From Euprymna scolopes (Eukaryota): 64,000 bases of DNA. Below are positions 1 to 13,786 of the stretch, one piece after another. Numbering within the stretch: position 1 is the stretch's first letter; each line of letters begins with the position of its first letter. Below the pieces are notes generated by a model. It was not told the origin of the DNA and made no database searches. It saw only the letters and a list, made by a program, of their open reading frames with translations. A program made the translations under genes and the position numbers. The DNA lies in the NCBI GenBank assembly GCA_053919585.1, contig CM132819.1. One strand, 5' to 3'.

Positions 1-339
1 ATGGACCATACAAAAACAGACTAACACCCAGGTATACATGCATACATAAACGCACATGGTGCATGGTTAAGGTTATAGTTAGATATTTGAGGATTTATCA
101 CACCCCTTCCACCCTTAACTTCGTCCGAAATGTCTCAGAGCAACAGCTTATTTTCTTTCTTGAAAAGAGCTTCATATTCTTACTTTTCATTTTCCTAATA
201 TCCGCAAGGCCAAGTACATTCTTTTTACGTCTGCCATTTCAGTTTTAAAATGACTACCCTCCACATGACCCCCCCTCCTCGATCTCCTAGCAAACTTTTC
301 CCAACTTCAGCTGCTATCAACTCCCCAGAGGATGAAGAC

Positions 340-830
340 AATTAGGGGTTCTATTACGACACTCGTCGTCACAGTTTATGTTAATTTTTGCAACATCCAT
401 CTCACTTCCCGCATCAGCAACCAAAGCGATGTGGTGGTAGTGAATTGGGTGATGGAGAGTGATGGAGTTGAGGATGTGCTGGTTTTTGAGCGGCGTTGGG
501 AGAATGCGGTATCTTCCTCATTATAAGACACTTTCACGTTTGTGATCGGGACTGGATGGTGTTGTTCCAAACCTCCCACCCTCAATCCCTTGAATTACGC
601 AGGATGTGGGGGTGGCAAATTATAGTTGAATGACACAAATGTGTAAGCCTCCAAAAACACATGGAAACACCAGTAAAAAGATTCCTGCTCTAACAATTCT
701 TTAATTCTCCCCTCGCGTGTGATTGTGCATCTTGTCAGTTCAACTCAAAAGGGCTATATTGCAATTCTCCAGAAACTTGGCGGCTTTGCGAGGAACCGAT
801 CGTTGTAGATTATAAAATAAATCTTTCGTT
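340..830 (+). mobile_element. Highly decayed, internally deleted Tc1/mariner-superfamily transposase remnant
   Basis: VM.SDG...VFE remnant, PTLNPLNY (SPDLNPLDY-like) and an RNLAAL-like C-terminal remnant. Confidence 0.5.
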
Positions 831-3446
831 CTTTGTTTTTTTTTTTAATAAAATAAATTAAATTTAATGAAAAAATATATTTTTTTTATTTTTAAAGATA
901 AAATTTGATTGACAGAGAGTTTGTCCGAGATTTGTCTCTAGAGAAATAATTTAATGAATTGTGGTGCAGCAATGATTTTTTTTTTAATTCCAGTTTTAAA
1001 AATACAAAATAAAAATTTTAAAATAAATTTGAATTTTGCAAAGAACCTTGGGTTATAGGTTGAAAATTGTTTTAAAAACATTTACAGTATTGTCCTCATC
1101 AACAAGGTTTCTCAAGGGGGTCTGGAGCTGTTTTCAGGAGCCACAAGGCCATATTTGAAAAATGGAGAGACTACAGAATATTTAAGCCCGACAAAAATAT
1201 ACAAGTATTTTGTAATTAATTATTATTTACAATTTAAATATTAAATTTATTAAGTGAAATATAAAATTATTTTTTTTATTATATCTTTCCTCTGATCTTA
1301 GGCAAAATGGCTAGTTGGGATTAAATTTTTTCAACCTGCTATATTAACTAATTGAAAACATGTCAAACCAGAATCACTTATCGATTATGGAGGAAGAAAG
1401 CTATCGATGACAAAAATAAAAAAAGACCGACTTTTCATTACATGTTAAATGCTCATTAGTTGTACAAGTCGATGTTTATCATTTTAGTATTACATGTGTT
1501 GGATTATATTTCTCCATATAGTTTCATAGTCGCACTAATAGTAAACTCGTATTTCTGGACTTACAATCATGTAGAACATAAGAGAACTAAGTCGTACAAC
1601 AGTAGACCCATCTTCTGGTACAACCAATTATCTCAAAACCCGGGTCGCAATAATACTATTAACCGGAAATTAAGGCACCATTGTACATATAAAAAAGACT
1701 AAAATACCTTGGCCATCAAGTAATAAATAGTAACGTTAACGAGGACAATTTTTCAAAGCTATACAATGTATCTTGCTTCATTTAAAAAATGATTAAATTA
1801 TAATAGGATTTTTGCCATTTTAACTAGATAAAGTTTTCAAATAATCCAGACTTAAACTATTTGTGATAGAAGAGAAGTCATAATTTTAAACGATGAATTT
1901 TCGAATTTTTTTTTTTTGGGGGGGGGGTCATTATATTTAAAAAAAAAATCTTTTCCCCAAATAAAATGTAAAATTAGATTAAATCAATAAAAAATGTTTT
2001 AAATACGGTAAGCAAAAATAAACAAAAATCAAATTACAAACAAAACAAAAAAGCAAAACAAAACAAACAAAACTTTTAGCATTAATATTTTATATTTTGT
2101 TCAGAAATTAAATATATTTATCAACTACTTGAAATAAAACTTAAGCTTGAAATTTTAGGTGAAAAAGTATATATATATTTTATAATTGCAGATATAAATA
2201 AAGAAAATAGAAAATAAGCCTTAAATCGATTATGTATCAGTAACTCAAGCATTTCTTAAAAGAAAAAGGTGTCCTTCTAGAAAGTCTGTGAACAGACAAC
2301 CTTTTTTTTTAATAAAGTCACCTCGCTATTGGAAAGATAAATGTTGAATCTTTCTGAAAATCTATCAGATTTAATATCAGAATATATATAAAATAATCTG
2401 TATATTAATACGATAACATGTTATTTTTTGTGTCATGCTTACATCTTTGTCTTCCGAGTCACAGTCGTTTAACTTTTATTACCTTCCATTTCTTGTAATA
2501 AATAATTTTATCAAGAATCCTTCATAAGTTTTGGTTCTGAGTCAAGTTGATGCACCCAAGTCATATGGATATATTTGCTTTTATTTATGAAATCACAACT
2601 TTATAATATGCAAGAATCCATAGGAAATTGACTATAAAATATATATACGGAATTAAATTAAAATATGATATTAAAGTGTATTTTATGACTAGGCTACGCC
2701 AGGCGCCCCTGCTAGCTTAGATAGATATTTTGCAGTTTTAACAAAAGAGCTACAATAATATCAGGGCGGTTCCATTTACGCTGAACATCCACAGAATGCC
2801 AACACCAGTATATTACATATGAAATGGTCTGCAGTAGAATTTCCACATGTCCTGCTAGTATGACGTTAATCAGATATTTATTTCTTGACTATTTAAAAGA
2901 TACAGATTAACTGCAAAAATTAGAAACATATACATCCAGCCTGACGAATATATTATAATTTCAAGAATTCAAACTCTCTGATCATACTTTATGTTAGTTG
3001 ATTTCAGGATAAAAATATTTTCAAAAACTAATATGACAGACATATTTTAGTAATCCGTTTCTTAATGTCCTTCATATTAAAATAAAATATAAATTGTAAG
3101 AAGGTTACGTATTAAGTTAGTATATTTAGTTAATATGAGAAAGATTTCATGGAAAAGTCCACGGTTACTTGTATTTTTTTTATGGTGAAAACAATTGTGA
3201 ACTTTTGAAGAAAATAATCACATATTTATTAATTTCAAATGATAGCTATCAAATATGAATGTGATTTTATTAAAATCAAAAAAATAAAAAGATTTTTTAA
3301 AAATTAGTCAGGTCAACAGAATTGTTATTTTAAAACAATTCATTTTAAAATGTGTAAAAACGAAATTTTTATACATCAGCAATACAATTTTTACTTTCTT
3401 CGGCGATCGGTGGATCTAATTTATTATGAGTATTGAAAGTGAATAA

Positions 3447-3560
3447 GCATGTTATACGTATACGTTTACACACAGGTGCTTATTACATCATCGAAGTTAA
3501 GCAAAGTAGAGTATATCATTAGCAGATGGGTGACCATTTAAGAATACCAGCCACTGCAAC
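3447..3560 (+). pseudogene. 5S rRNA-derived sequence (5S pseudogene or SINE3 head)
   Basis: TCGAAGTTAAGCA (A box), GATGGGTGACC (C box) and GAATACC occur in 5S order and approximate spacing; otherwise diverged. Confidence 0.65.
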
Positions 3561-4929
3561 CGAGCTATGCAATAATTGCAAAAACCTAACATCGTTATAT
3601 CTCCTGACTGGGATATACATACGACTGGGGACCGCTTGTGAACTTGAAAATCACGTGAAACTTCATTCTTTGGCGGAAGCCGGTTCAACCCAGTTAGGGT
3701 AAATGCCGTTGGCTACAATATCTTTATTATTATGTAGATGTTGTAGCCAGCTTAGTCTAAAGTAGTGAAGGTAGAAATGAGGCTTAGAGTGATTCGGATG
3801 TAAAATAAAAAATATAAAAAAATCTCAATTAGACTAATTATAATTAACATTTGTTATTGAATAGGGAGGTGACTTTATTGTCATATTAAAATAAAGATTT
3901 TTAAAGATTTTTTTAAAAAACAAACAAACATAGCAAACAAAAAAAACAAACAAAAAACAAACGTTAATTGCCAAATCTTGGTTAAGTGTTATAGAGTAAA
4001 ACAATTTTGTAAGTATTTGTAAATAAACAGAGTACCGTTTGGTGCAATATTAGTAATATTGGTTATGATACAAAGTGCCCCCTAAATATACCAGCCACGA
4101 TATTACGTTAATAAAATTCATAATCCATTCGGTCATCCATCAATAATTGGTGCAGATAAACTTTAGATTTAATCCAAACTTATCCAACAAAATTTGTTTT
4201 ATCATAGTTTAATAATATACATACACATTCGTTGTCGTCTCATCAGTAATATATCATTCTAATGAGCTTCACACTCTCCGTACCAATACCCCCCCACACA
4301 CACCAAAACAAATATACTACATCTGTTCGATTATCTAAAAGATAATCTATCACAAATAATCCTCAAATTATTCTTAAACTAAAAATCATCACAGCCAAAA
4401 TCAGAGCATCACCAATTAAGAAGTGTGGTGGAGAGTTATAGACAGTTTCTGTTAGACATTCACGACTGTAACAAGCCAATTATAAACAAAAGTTTATTTG
4501 CACATAATGATTGAATTACAAAATGAATTGTGAATTATATAAACGATTCTATAGCTAGCATTTTAATAAGTGGGAGGAGCAGTATCACCCTGTATTGAGT
4601 GTTAAATTGTTAGAGGATAAGGTGTCAGTTTCAAGCATACCGACAATATAAGAATATTAAAAAATCACGTGTTTTCAGAACATTCTAAAGATTAGAGAGT
4701 TTTAACTTTCATTTAGTGCGTTATAAATCAATTATTTTGGATTTTAAAAAACTAAATACCAAAAAGATAAGTTAGGAAATATGATCATTTTATATATGAC
4801 TAAATAAGTTTGTTCTAAGCCTGCTTCTCTGTTTGGAGTCAGTGTATTCACTAAATAACCTAATGCTGTTTTTACACACACACATTTATATGCATATGAA
4901 AATTTTGGAAATATTCCAAGGTGATGGAG

Positions 4930-4969
<40 letters not shown>

Positions 4970-5245
4970 TTATAATTATTGAATAATGTCAAAGTATTTA
5001 AATTCCTTTTTAATTATTTTGTTTACATTTATTGTTGAACTATTTGTTTCCAGCTTTGATTTAGATAGAGCATTGTCATCCGATCGGCAGCCATGATTAG
5101 TAATGAATGTTTTGCCAACGAGATTACAAAAGATAAAAAAAAAGCATTTAATAGATTTCTATTATACAAAAAAAAAAAAAAACAGATTTGTGCATGTTTG
5201 CCAAATTTGATGATGCTTTCGGAATGTTTTTTTTTATGAATTTAC

Positions 5246-5313
5246 CTTCGCCTTGTGTGTACTGCAGGGTATCACATTCGCTCACCGTCTTTTCGTTGCA
5301 ATTGTTTCGATTT
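5246..5313 (-). CDS. Eph: Eph receptor exon: juxtamembrane (RNRNNCNEKTVSECDTLQYTQGE)
   Basis: TTTTCTTTTCAG acceptor, AAG|GTAAAT donor; 68 bp, phase 2/1; from memory resembles the S.CDTL.Y..GE juxtamembrane motif of arthropod Eph proteins. Confidence 0.88.
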
Positions 5314-5879
5314 CTGAAAAGAAAATGAAAGTTTTACATTAAATGTGATACATGCACGTTATTTTGTTAATGTGGATACGTGAAAATTACAGTTTTCTAA
5401 AGAAAAAAAAAACATATTTTGAAAAGTTAGCACAAGAGAAGTGGAATCTAGCTTGCAAAAAACGCTAAGTATACCTGTCAGTATTTCTCGGTAGAAATGT
5501 GTAAGACTATTCGCAATACACTGACACTATTTTTTTTTTTAAAACATGTAATGCCTGAAAAGATTGATTCCAAGAACTGAACAGAATAATTCCCGAGCTG
5601 GATAGCAAAGAGCAACTATTTGTTTTATTGGCAAGGTCGGATTCTCCACTGGTTTAATTATAAGACGTAATTGGCCGAGTTATAGGTGTGTCATTTGTGT
5701 AAACAAGTTAATTTAAAAGATAAAAGTTTGGGAATAAATCTCAATAGGAAAGTACCAGAGCTCAGATAGATTGGAGAAAAACCGGGTGAAATTCAATCTT
5801 TTGTTGTATTTATAAGCATTAGGTGCACAAAAAGTAAACTGAAATTACAGATAGATGAAGAGAGGACAATCAGTTTACG

Positions 5880-6400
5880 TAAAGGCAATAGAGATTGATG
5901 AGAACTCAGATGCGTACAAAGTATTTTTGGATGGTAAAGCTATTGCAAAGTTTTGTTACCTTGGTGATGCCATTTGAGCACAAAGTGAAGCAGATTTTTG
6001 TGAGTGCAAGCGTTATGAGCAGATGATGTATGGCAGAGAAAGCTGGCCAATGAATGTAAAGGACATGCGGTACATGGAGAGAAAGTAAATAAGAATTCTA
6101 CGATGGATAAGTAATGGGAATCTTAAAAACAGGATCAGAGGAAAATTAAATCTGGATAATATAGGGAGATTTGAGCAGAACAGGAGACATTGATTTTATA
6201 GTCATGTTGAAGAATGAGTGAGAGTTATTGTGTAATTAGATGTAGAACAGGTAAGGTAGGAGATCCAGTTCCCAAATGAATGTCAAAAGTATGCAAAGAA
6301 ATGATTCAAATTGGAGTGAGAGAAAGAGGGATACATATCTGGCAGGAGATAGTTAGGAAATCAATTTATTAAAACCGTCCATGTAAAATAGACCTTAGCT
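5880..6400 (+). mobile_element. Decayed RTE-clade LINE 3' fragment
   Basis: KFCYLGD, MMYGRESWPM (YG.E.W motif) and a W.GHV-like remnant, with stops and frameshifts. Confidence 0.65.
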
Positions 6401-6479
6401 TTATATGAGAATGGCGGTAATGATAGGAGTTGAAGTAATATTATCCTATGTAGAAATGAAGTGTTTCAAGAATTCTTAC

Positions 6480-6591
6480 CTTCTCAAGAGAATGATAATC
6501 ATGATGATGGCAATAGCCATGCAAAGAATGACAGCCACTACGGAACCAGCGATAATTCCAATCGGAGCATTGTTATAAGGAGGTCGTCGTA
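6480..6591 (-). CDS. Eph: Eph receptor exon: transmembrane helix (IRRPPYNNAPIGIIAGSVVAVILCMAIAIIMIIILLR)
   Basis: AACAG acceptor, AG|GTAAGA donor; 112 bp, phase 1/2; about 25 hydrophobic residues followed by Arg. Confidence 0.93.
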
Positions 6592-7381
6592 CTGTTATTA
6601 GTGAAAAATAAAAACAGACATTAGTAAATCCAGTAAAATAAGATTTCAATTAAAAAAATATTGATTACTTTTCGAAAAAGGTTTAACATTAACTTAACCA
6701 TTATTTCAACAACTTTAGAATAATTATATGTATTTTTTCTTGTCGTAACTGACACATTGAACATTATTTTTCTTTAAATTAACTATCATTAAAAGGTATT
6801 TGTTTTCAGAACTTTTATTAGATGAAGATATATAAATTATATTATTTCAATTATTTGAGCTACTCTTCACATTTTTTTCATTTTCTTAACGTCTCAACAG
6901 ATATAACCTGCCCATATTCAGGTGCATGTTTTTAAGTTGGGAATTTTTATCTTAAACTCTGGAATTTATATGGAAATTGAACCTTTGGATTTATTGTTAA
7001 TCAGCGACTTTAACCACTGCCCCATTGTTTTAGATGGAATATGCCTGAATTAAAAATGTGTCTAAATAAATCTCTCTCTTTCATCTCTTATTTATATATA
7101 TATATATATATATATCACAAGTTGAAAAAGTCAATAAAGTTTTCGATCGTAGGTTTTGAAAACGGCCGAGTGCTGAGGAATCTGTTTCTGACAATCGGAT
7201 TTCACCCAAGTCCAGCATGAAACCTGGGTAAACTATACAGACACAAATATCTAATTTTTATGTAAAATTTATATGTAGAAGTTCAACTGTATTATATGAA
7301 CTGAAAACCAATATTTTTTAAAAAATGTTCTATATAAAGGAGAGATGTTACACTCATATATATTATCTAATTATATTATAT

Positions 7382-7437
<56 letters not shown>

Positions 7438-8439
7438 TGTAAATATAAATGCCTTTTCCTTAACACAAAGGTGTATTTTCTAATTCGAAAGTGTACAGCC
7501 AGAGCTCAATTTTAAACAAATGTAAAACTTCAGTTATTCAGGAAACTGTTGTGGTCCTGGTTAGGGGGTCACAATATTAAGGTGAAAGAGTCCTGGTGTT
7601 CACTCCGTTTAAACTGCGAGTGAGCTCTTCCCTCTTAGTGCCAGACAGGTCCACATCATGAATATAAGATCGTCAACTACTCCAGAACAGAAATCATATT
7701 CAATATATCCACCAAAACACTTATTTTCAACAAAACAACCAAAAATGAAGTATTTCTCTTATTTCTCTTTCAAAAATTTTTGAGGACAAAAGGAATATGG
7801 ACATGAACATTGAATGCTTTAATTTTTTTTTCAGTTAGACTGGTGAATATTTACAAAACTTATGGAATCTCAAGAAAAAAAAAACTCAATATTTCCTATA
7901 CAATAAAGATGAGATGGTCAAGACAATTGTTTTCAAATAAGTGGTTTCGTGTTTGAATGTTGATTTCTGAATAAGTAAGGTTTACATGACATATATATAT
8001 AAATTCTAAAATATGTTACCAAGTTTACAAATTGAGTAATTATGTACGCTTAAAGCAAGTATAAATATTAATATTATAGGACAACTAACCAGATGTTTTT
8101 TTTAAATAACCCTTATGCTTAATATTCGAGAGATCATTGATATCAGAAATTGCATTTAAAGTAAATTAGAACTTTCAACAAATTTATTATTTGACAAGGA
8201 ATACAAGTTGAACACTTAAAATTTTTCCTTATATTATAGTGTCAAAGAATTTCAACAAATAGGAATAGGAAAAAAAAATTACAACTTGTAAATTAATTTA
8301 CAAAGTTTCAATTCAATTTCTTATTTATAAGAAATAAAGATAAATGTAACTATTTCCCTACATTTGAAACCTATAAAGATAAAACAGCTCCGTGTATTAG
8401 ATAGTACAATTAAATAAATATTTAAAAAATTGATAAATA

Positions 8440-8700
8440 TTTTAATACATTACAATATTTGTTGATCCATGAAAATTCCAACAAGGAAATTATATTTGAA
8501 AATCCTTAACCCATGGATTTTCGCAAAAATCTTTTACAAAGGATAAAATACTCACCGAAAAAAAAATGTACCACTAGTTGGCAAAATTGTGAAAATATAT
8601 AAATAATATAACTTTGAAAATGTATGGGTTAAATATATTATTATAATTCTTGGTTTTCATTTTTGATGGATCAATAAATATTGTAATCTATTGAATTTTA
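8440..8700. mobile_element. Degenerate MITE/foldback with long imperfect inverted arms
   Basis: ATTACAATATTTGTTGATCCATGAAAA...TTAACCCAT pairs with ATGGGTTAA...TTTTGATGGATCAATAAATATTGTAAT. Confidence 0.55.
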
Positions 8701-9539
8701 CTTTTCGTCATCTATTTCTCTCTCATATATATATATATATGTTATTTGTTTTTGTAAAACGTTTGGAATGAATTCAATTAAACGAAACTGCACTTTTACC
8801 TAAATGCAAGTTGGGAATAATTTTCTCTTTAACCAATTTGGCACCCTCATATGGGGAGCGGCATATATATATATATATTTTTTTTTTTGCAATATATATA
8901 TATATATAGTTCGGATTTTTAATTCATATGCATTCCTAAAATTCGCAAAATATAAAGTCGCATTTCAAATTGAATTAAGACATATCTTTAGTTTAAAATT
9001 ATTACACTTGAAGACTTCTGTCGAAGCGATCATTGTAAACGCTGTGATAACATGACAAATAATGTCAGTTATTTGAACAGGGCTCGGAATGTTAATGGCT
9101 TTTCAAATGTTACGGCAAAATAGAATTTAGAGAATATTATTTAATTTTTATGATTTAATCAATTAGGATAATTGAAGAATGTTGTGAAAACAGCTGTAGA
9201 AAAGGCAGACAACTGTGTCTTCACGAATCTAATATTCCTTTGTGATAAGCATGACATTTTTTTGAAACGCCGAAATGCATCTGCACATGTTTTAATGCCT
9301 AATTAATCAAAATTATTAATAATAAGGAATCCATGTAACTACAGCTGTAAAAGCACAGGCGGCCATGCCTTTAATGAATACGTCATCAGAAGAATTGACC
9401 GGAATAAAGCATTGGACGCCAGGCAGAATTATCATTACATCAGATAAAACTGTACTTGCAGCAGCTCCATTATGATGAAATAAAAGATTCAATGGTTCTG
9501 AATTTTTCAGATGAGGATAAATAATTCGTATTTAAATTA

Positions 9540-9910
9540 TTCGGATTTCGGCTCTCATCTTCACTGTATTTTGAGGTTTCGGTCGATGTAACTTCCGGTC
9601 TTCTTCGGGTGTATTTTATTGATCTTTGCATATCTTTCTATCTAACTCTGGAATCTGCACAGAATCGTTTATTTAATCCACGAGGGTGGCAGTCTCTCGT
9701 TCAGTAAACGATGACTTGGTAGAAGATCGAAATAATTCATATTATTTGGATTCTTCCGACTACTGTTCTCATCTTGAGTGTCATTTTCCAAAGAATCCAA
9801 ATATAAATAACCAACCTTCATTTGAGAAACCTCGATAATTCACACTTGTATTTTGAGTGGCGCACAGATTGAGGATTAAACCTTCAACCTACAGAAGAGT
9901 TACTCACAAC
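9540..9910 (-). mobile_element. Family D composite repeat (hammerhead-like motif, body, B-box-like segment)
   Basis: Shares segments with 53920-54240, 26950-27130 and 34500-34640 (for example ATTTAATCCACGAGGG and TGAGGATTAAACCTTCAACC). Confidence 0.5.
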
Positions 9911-11247
9911 TGAATTTTCAGTTAATATTAATAGATTCTTAAATGAAGTAAAAATTAAAAAATACTGGAAGCTATATTTATTAAAAGCCAGCAAACTACA
10001 CTAACATTATTATAAGAATAAAACCATCAGAACATTTTATCCTGTCGTGCTAATTCTGGCGTCCAGGATTATAAATTGCAAACGTTTTTCTAGAAACGTA
10101 GTGGTTTGTTATTTTATTATCTATAGACGTTATATACTTACTGTCGGCTATTTTTTTTTGAGAAAAACCCTTTATTCTGTTTTGTTTTTCTTTTCATTTG
10201 TTTTCATCAAGATGATTCAACGAAGAATCGAAAATGCTAGTGATACATATGGAACATTCATAGGTTTGATTTAGACCAAAAAAAAATGATTAGAAAAATA
10301 TAAGGTATAATTAAGCAGTAAATGCTGTTATTTTTAACAAAGTTTGCTTAAAATTACATATTAGGGCGTGTGTGAAACTTTGATCCGGTGTCATGCCAGG
10401 TTATCAGCAATGATTGTTCAACATTTCAGAACATGCAAAAGACAAAATCTCCAGACCGAGAACTCGTTCTCTTCTAGCAATAATTGCAACTGTGTTTTTA
10501 TTCTGCGCTGAACACAAAGCATGTAATCTTCAAGTAACTAATTGAGATGGAGCCAAAGCGCGAAATTTGGTGAGTCTTTTTGCAAAAGTAAACTCGTCCT
10601 TTTGTTCTGCCATTTCAACTTCCTGCGATACAATTAGGCGGTGCCATGAAGAAAACCAAAATTGAATAAATAAAAATGAAAGATTTGAAAATTGTTGGCA
10701 GTTGTGAAGAGCGCAAAGAAGAAAATAAAATAGCGCAGAATTTTATTCATCATTTGCCAACTTGACTACTGCTTTATAATCAAAGATCGCAGAATTTTGA
10801 AAAAAGAAATAAATTATCTCGTAATCTAAAAAAGAAAAATAAATAAAAGCATCGAATCAAAATCACCGCTACATAATCAGAAAGTGAGGCTTCATCTTTG
10901 AATTCTTGAAAGAGGATGTCTCAATAAAAATTCTTTAAACTTATAAAGTTCCCTATAATTTCTTGCTGTGGGTGAACGCCATTAATTTTTTTTTTGTGAG
11001 CAAATTTCATCTTTCTTTGCCACATATGCATGCATCCTTGCAGATAAGCATCACTCCGATATCGTGTTGACCAATTAAAGCTGTTTCCTTCCAAGAACTT
11101 CCTATCCGTGGACGATTAGCATAAGACTGCTTCCCTGCTTACTAAAGTTTAAAATGAAGATTTTGAGCAATTGCTATATTTCACAAGGAATTATTGTTGA
11201 TTTTTTAGCATGATTGTAAAATATTAATGCTATAAATTTTGCTCTCT

Positions 11248-11283
<36 letters not shown>

Positions 11284-11394
11284 AAGTAAGGTGTGTTTAT
11301 GCGGATGTATCAAATTCATTTCTAAACTAGCATATGCACACACACACGATTCGTTTAAAATCTTTTTAAATAAGATTAGAAAAAGCATACTTAC

Positions 11395-11467
11395 TACTGA
11401 AGGCATGAGTGGATGCTGTGTACAGTTCACTGTAATGACCCCAACCTTTTTGGGTTTTTCCACGAAC
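11395..11467 (-). CDS. Eph: Eph receptor exon: end of FN3 domain 2 (VRGKTQKGWGHYSELYTASTHAFS)
   Basis: Polypyrimidine tract plus AAG acceptor, GTAAGT donor; 73 bp, phase 0/1; VR..T..GWG..S completes the FN3 fold. Confidence 0.9.
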
Positions 11468-11531
11468 CTTAAAGACAAAAAAGAAATTGATTTAATAAAA
11501 TGTAAGACTTCGATCATTTTAGGATCATTAA

Positions 11532-11667
11532 ATCAATAATACATGATGAAAAAATATAAATTAATCGTTAAAAGCGTTGTTTATCAATTAGTTCTAAATG
11601 ACAGTATTCGGAAATTGAAGGTCCAATCCGTATTAGAGGTTATAAAAAGATGTATAATATTAATTAA
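11532..11667 (+). repeat. 136-bp segment duplicated in inverted orientation at 16223-16358
   Basis: Ungapped alignment with 5 mismatches counted by eye. Confidence 0.92.
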
Positions 11668-12396
11668 CAATGTTAACCAATAATGGCGGATGGAATGGAA
11701 ACAATCTACCGCCATTGGTCAAATTAAAAGTTCTATTCGAAATTCCATACTTATTCCCACATTCGACATATGAATTCCAGAGTTTAAAGGATGAACCTGA
11801 AGAATGTTAGAGATTACAATAGCCGAAAGATTTTGAATATAAAAAAGATTAAAATAGTCTGAAATCTCCAAAACAATACATAGAAAATTTTATTTCTATC
11901 TAATATCCTCGGTGTCATAACTATACCCCACAATATTATCCAAGAAAAAAATGAATAGATGGCAACAAATTTTGATTTCATGTGAGAGAGAAATCGTTGA
12001 TTAAATTGTGTAAGCTATTACATATTAGGTTAGTTGCTGTGTTTAAAAAAAACTCAGAAGAAAAGCTTTTTAAAATGTCCCCCAACATGTTTTCGGAAAA
12101 TTTAAAGAGTGACATGAGGAATTTAGTGGTTGAAAAATTTTTTTTCGAATCCATTAGATGAAGAACTTCAGAATTGTGCAATTCTGCAAACGGACGAAAC
12201 AAGAAAATCTAGACTGATAAATTCTTTAGATGCTTGATCAGGACAGACTGACAATAGTTTTGAAGCTGAGGGGCAGGGGAAATGCGGAGATTGCAGGGTA
12301 GGGGGAGGAACACAGAAAGCCGAAACCTGGGGAAGTCAGAGCTCTGCATGATTAGAGTTATCCTTTCACTATCTGTGACTGAAGTCTTTTACAAAT

Positions 12397-12524
12397 NNNN
12401 NNNNNNNNNNNNNNNNNNNNNNNNNNNNNNNNNNNNNNNNNNNNNNNNNNNNNNNNNNNNNNNNNNNNNNNNNNNNNNNNNNNNNNNNNNNNNNNNNNNN
12501 NNNNNNNNNNNNNNNNNNNNNNNN
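12397..12524. other. Assembly gap (N run)
   Basis: 128 Ns. Confidence 0.99.
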
Positions 12525-12728
12525 TTTTCGATATGATTCTGTTTATTTCTAAGATATCAACCCTCACAAGCATCCGAGAAGAGGTTAGTTTATTGATAAT
12601 TGCCTAACCAGGTAATGCTGACAGACTGCACAGGCATTTCTTGTAGGCCAGAGTGTATTTATTCTATTATGCTGGCTTATAACCTGTCTCACCTCACGAC
12701 AAGCGAGTAAAGAATAATATAAGAGAAA

Positions 12729-13786
12729 GAGCAAGTGAGAGAGATGAAGATAGAGCAAGTGAGAGAGATGAAGATAGAGCAAGTGAGAGAGATGAAGATA
12801 GAGCAAGTGAGAGAGATGAAGATAGAGCAAGTGAGAGAGATGAAGATAGAGCAAGTGAGAGAGATGAAGATAGAGCAAGTGAGAGAGATGAAGATAGAGC
12901 AAGTGAGAGAGATGAAGATAGAGCAAGTGAGAGAGATGAAGATAGAGCAAGTGAGAGAGATGAAGATAGAGCAAGTGAGAGAGATGAAGATAGAGCAAGT
13001 GAGAGAGATGAAGATAGAGCAAGTGAGAGAGATGAAGATAGAGCAAGTGAGAGAGATGAAGATAGAGCAAGTGAGAGAGATGAAGATAGAGCAAGTGAGA
13101 GAGATGAAGATAGAGCAAGTGAGAGAGATGAAGATAGAGCAAGTGAGAGAGATGAAGATAGAGCAAGTGAGAGAGATGAAGATAGAGCAAGTGAGAGAGA
13201 TGAAGATAGAGCAAGTGAGAGAGATGAAGATAGAGCAAGTGAGAGAGATGAAGATAGAGCAAGTGAGAGAGATGAAGATAGAGCAAGTGAGAGAGATAAA
13301 GATAGAGCAAGTGAGAGAGATAAAGATAGAGCAAGTGAGAGAGATAAAGATAGAGCAAGTGAGAGAGATAAAGATAGAGCAAGTGAGAGAGATAAAGATA
13401 GAGCAAGTGAGAGAGATAAAGATAGAGCAAGTGAGAGAGATAAAGATAGAGCAAGTGAGAGAGATAAAGATAGAGCAAGTGAGAGAGATAAAGATAGAGC
13501 AAGTGAGAGAGATAAAGATAGAGCAAGTGAGAGAGATAAAGATAGAGCAAGTGAGAGAGATAAAGATAGAGCAAGTGAGAGAGATAAAGATAGAGCAAGT
13601 GAGAGAGATAAAGATAGAGCAAGTGAGAGAGATAAAGATAGAGCAAGTGAGAGAGATAAAGATAGAGCAAGTGAGAGAGATAAAGATAGAGCAAGTGAGA
13701 GAGATAAAGATAGAGCAAGTGAAAGAGATAAAGATAGAGCAAGTGAGAGAGATAAAGATAGAGCAAGTGAGAGAGATGAAGATAAA
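12729..13786 (+). repeat. 24-bp minisatellite (GAGCAAGTGAGAGAGATRAAGATA), about 44 copies
   Basis: Direct tandem array; G-variant block then A-variant block. Confidence 0.97.

Noticed and set aside
4744-4851. Possible next or alternative terminal Eph exon (VNTLTPNREAG...)
   Set aside because: An AG acceptor is in frame, but there is no good donor and no Eph juxtamembrane motif such as Y.DP.TYEDP.
10660-10850. Possible pogo/Tigger CENP-B-type HTH remnant
   Set aside because: Only a vague resemblance across frameshifts; cannot be supported without a search.
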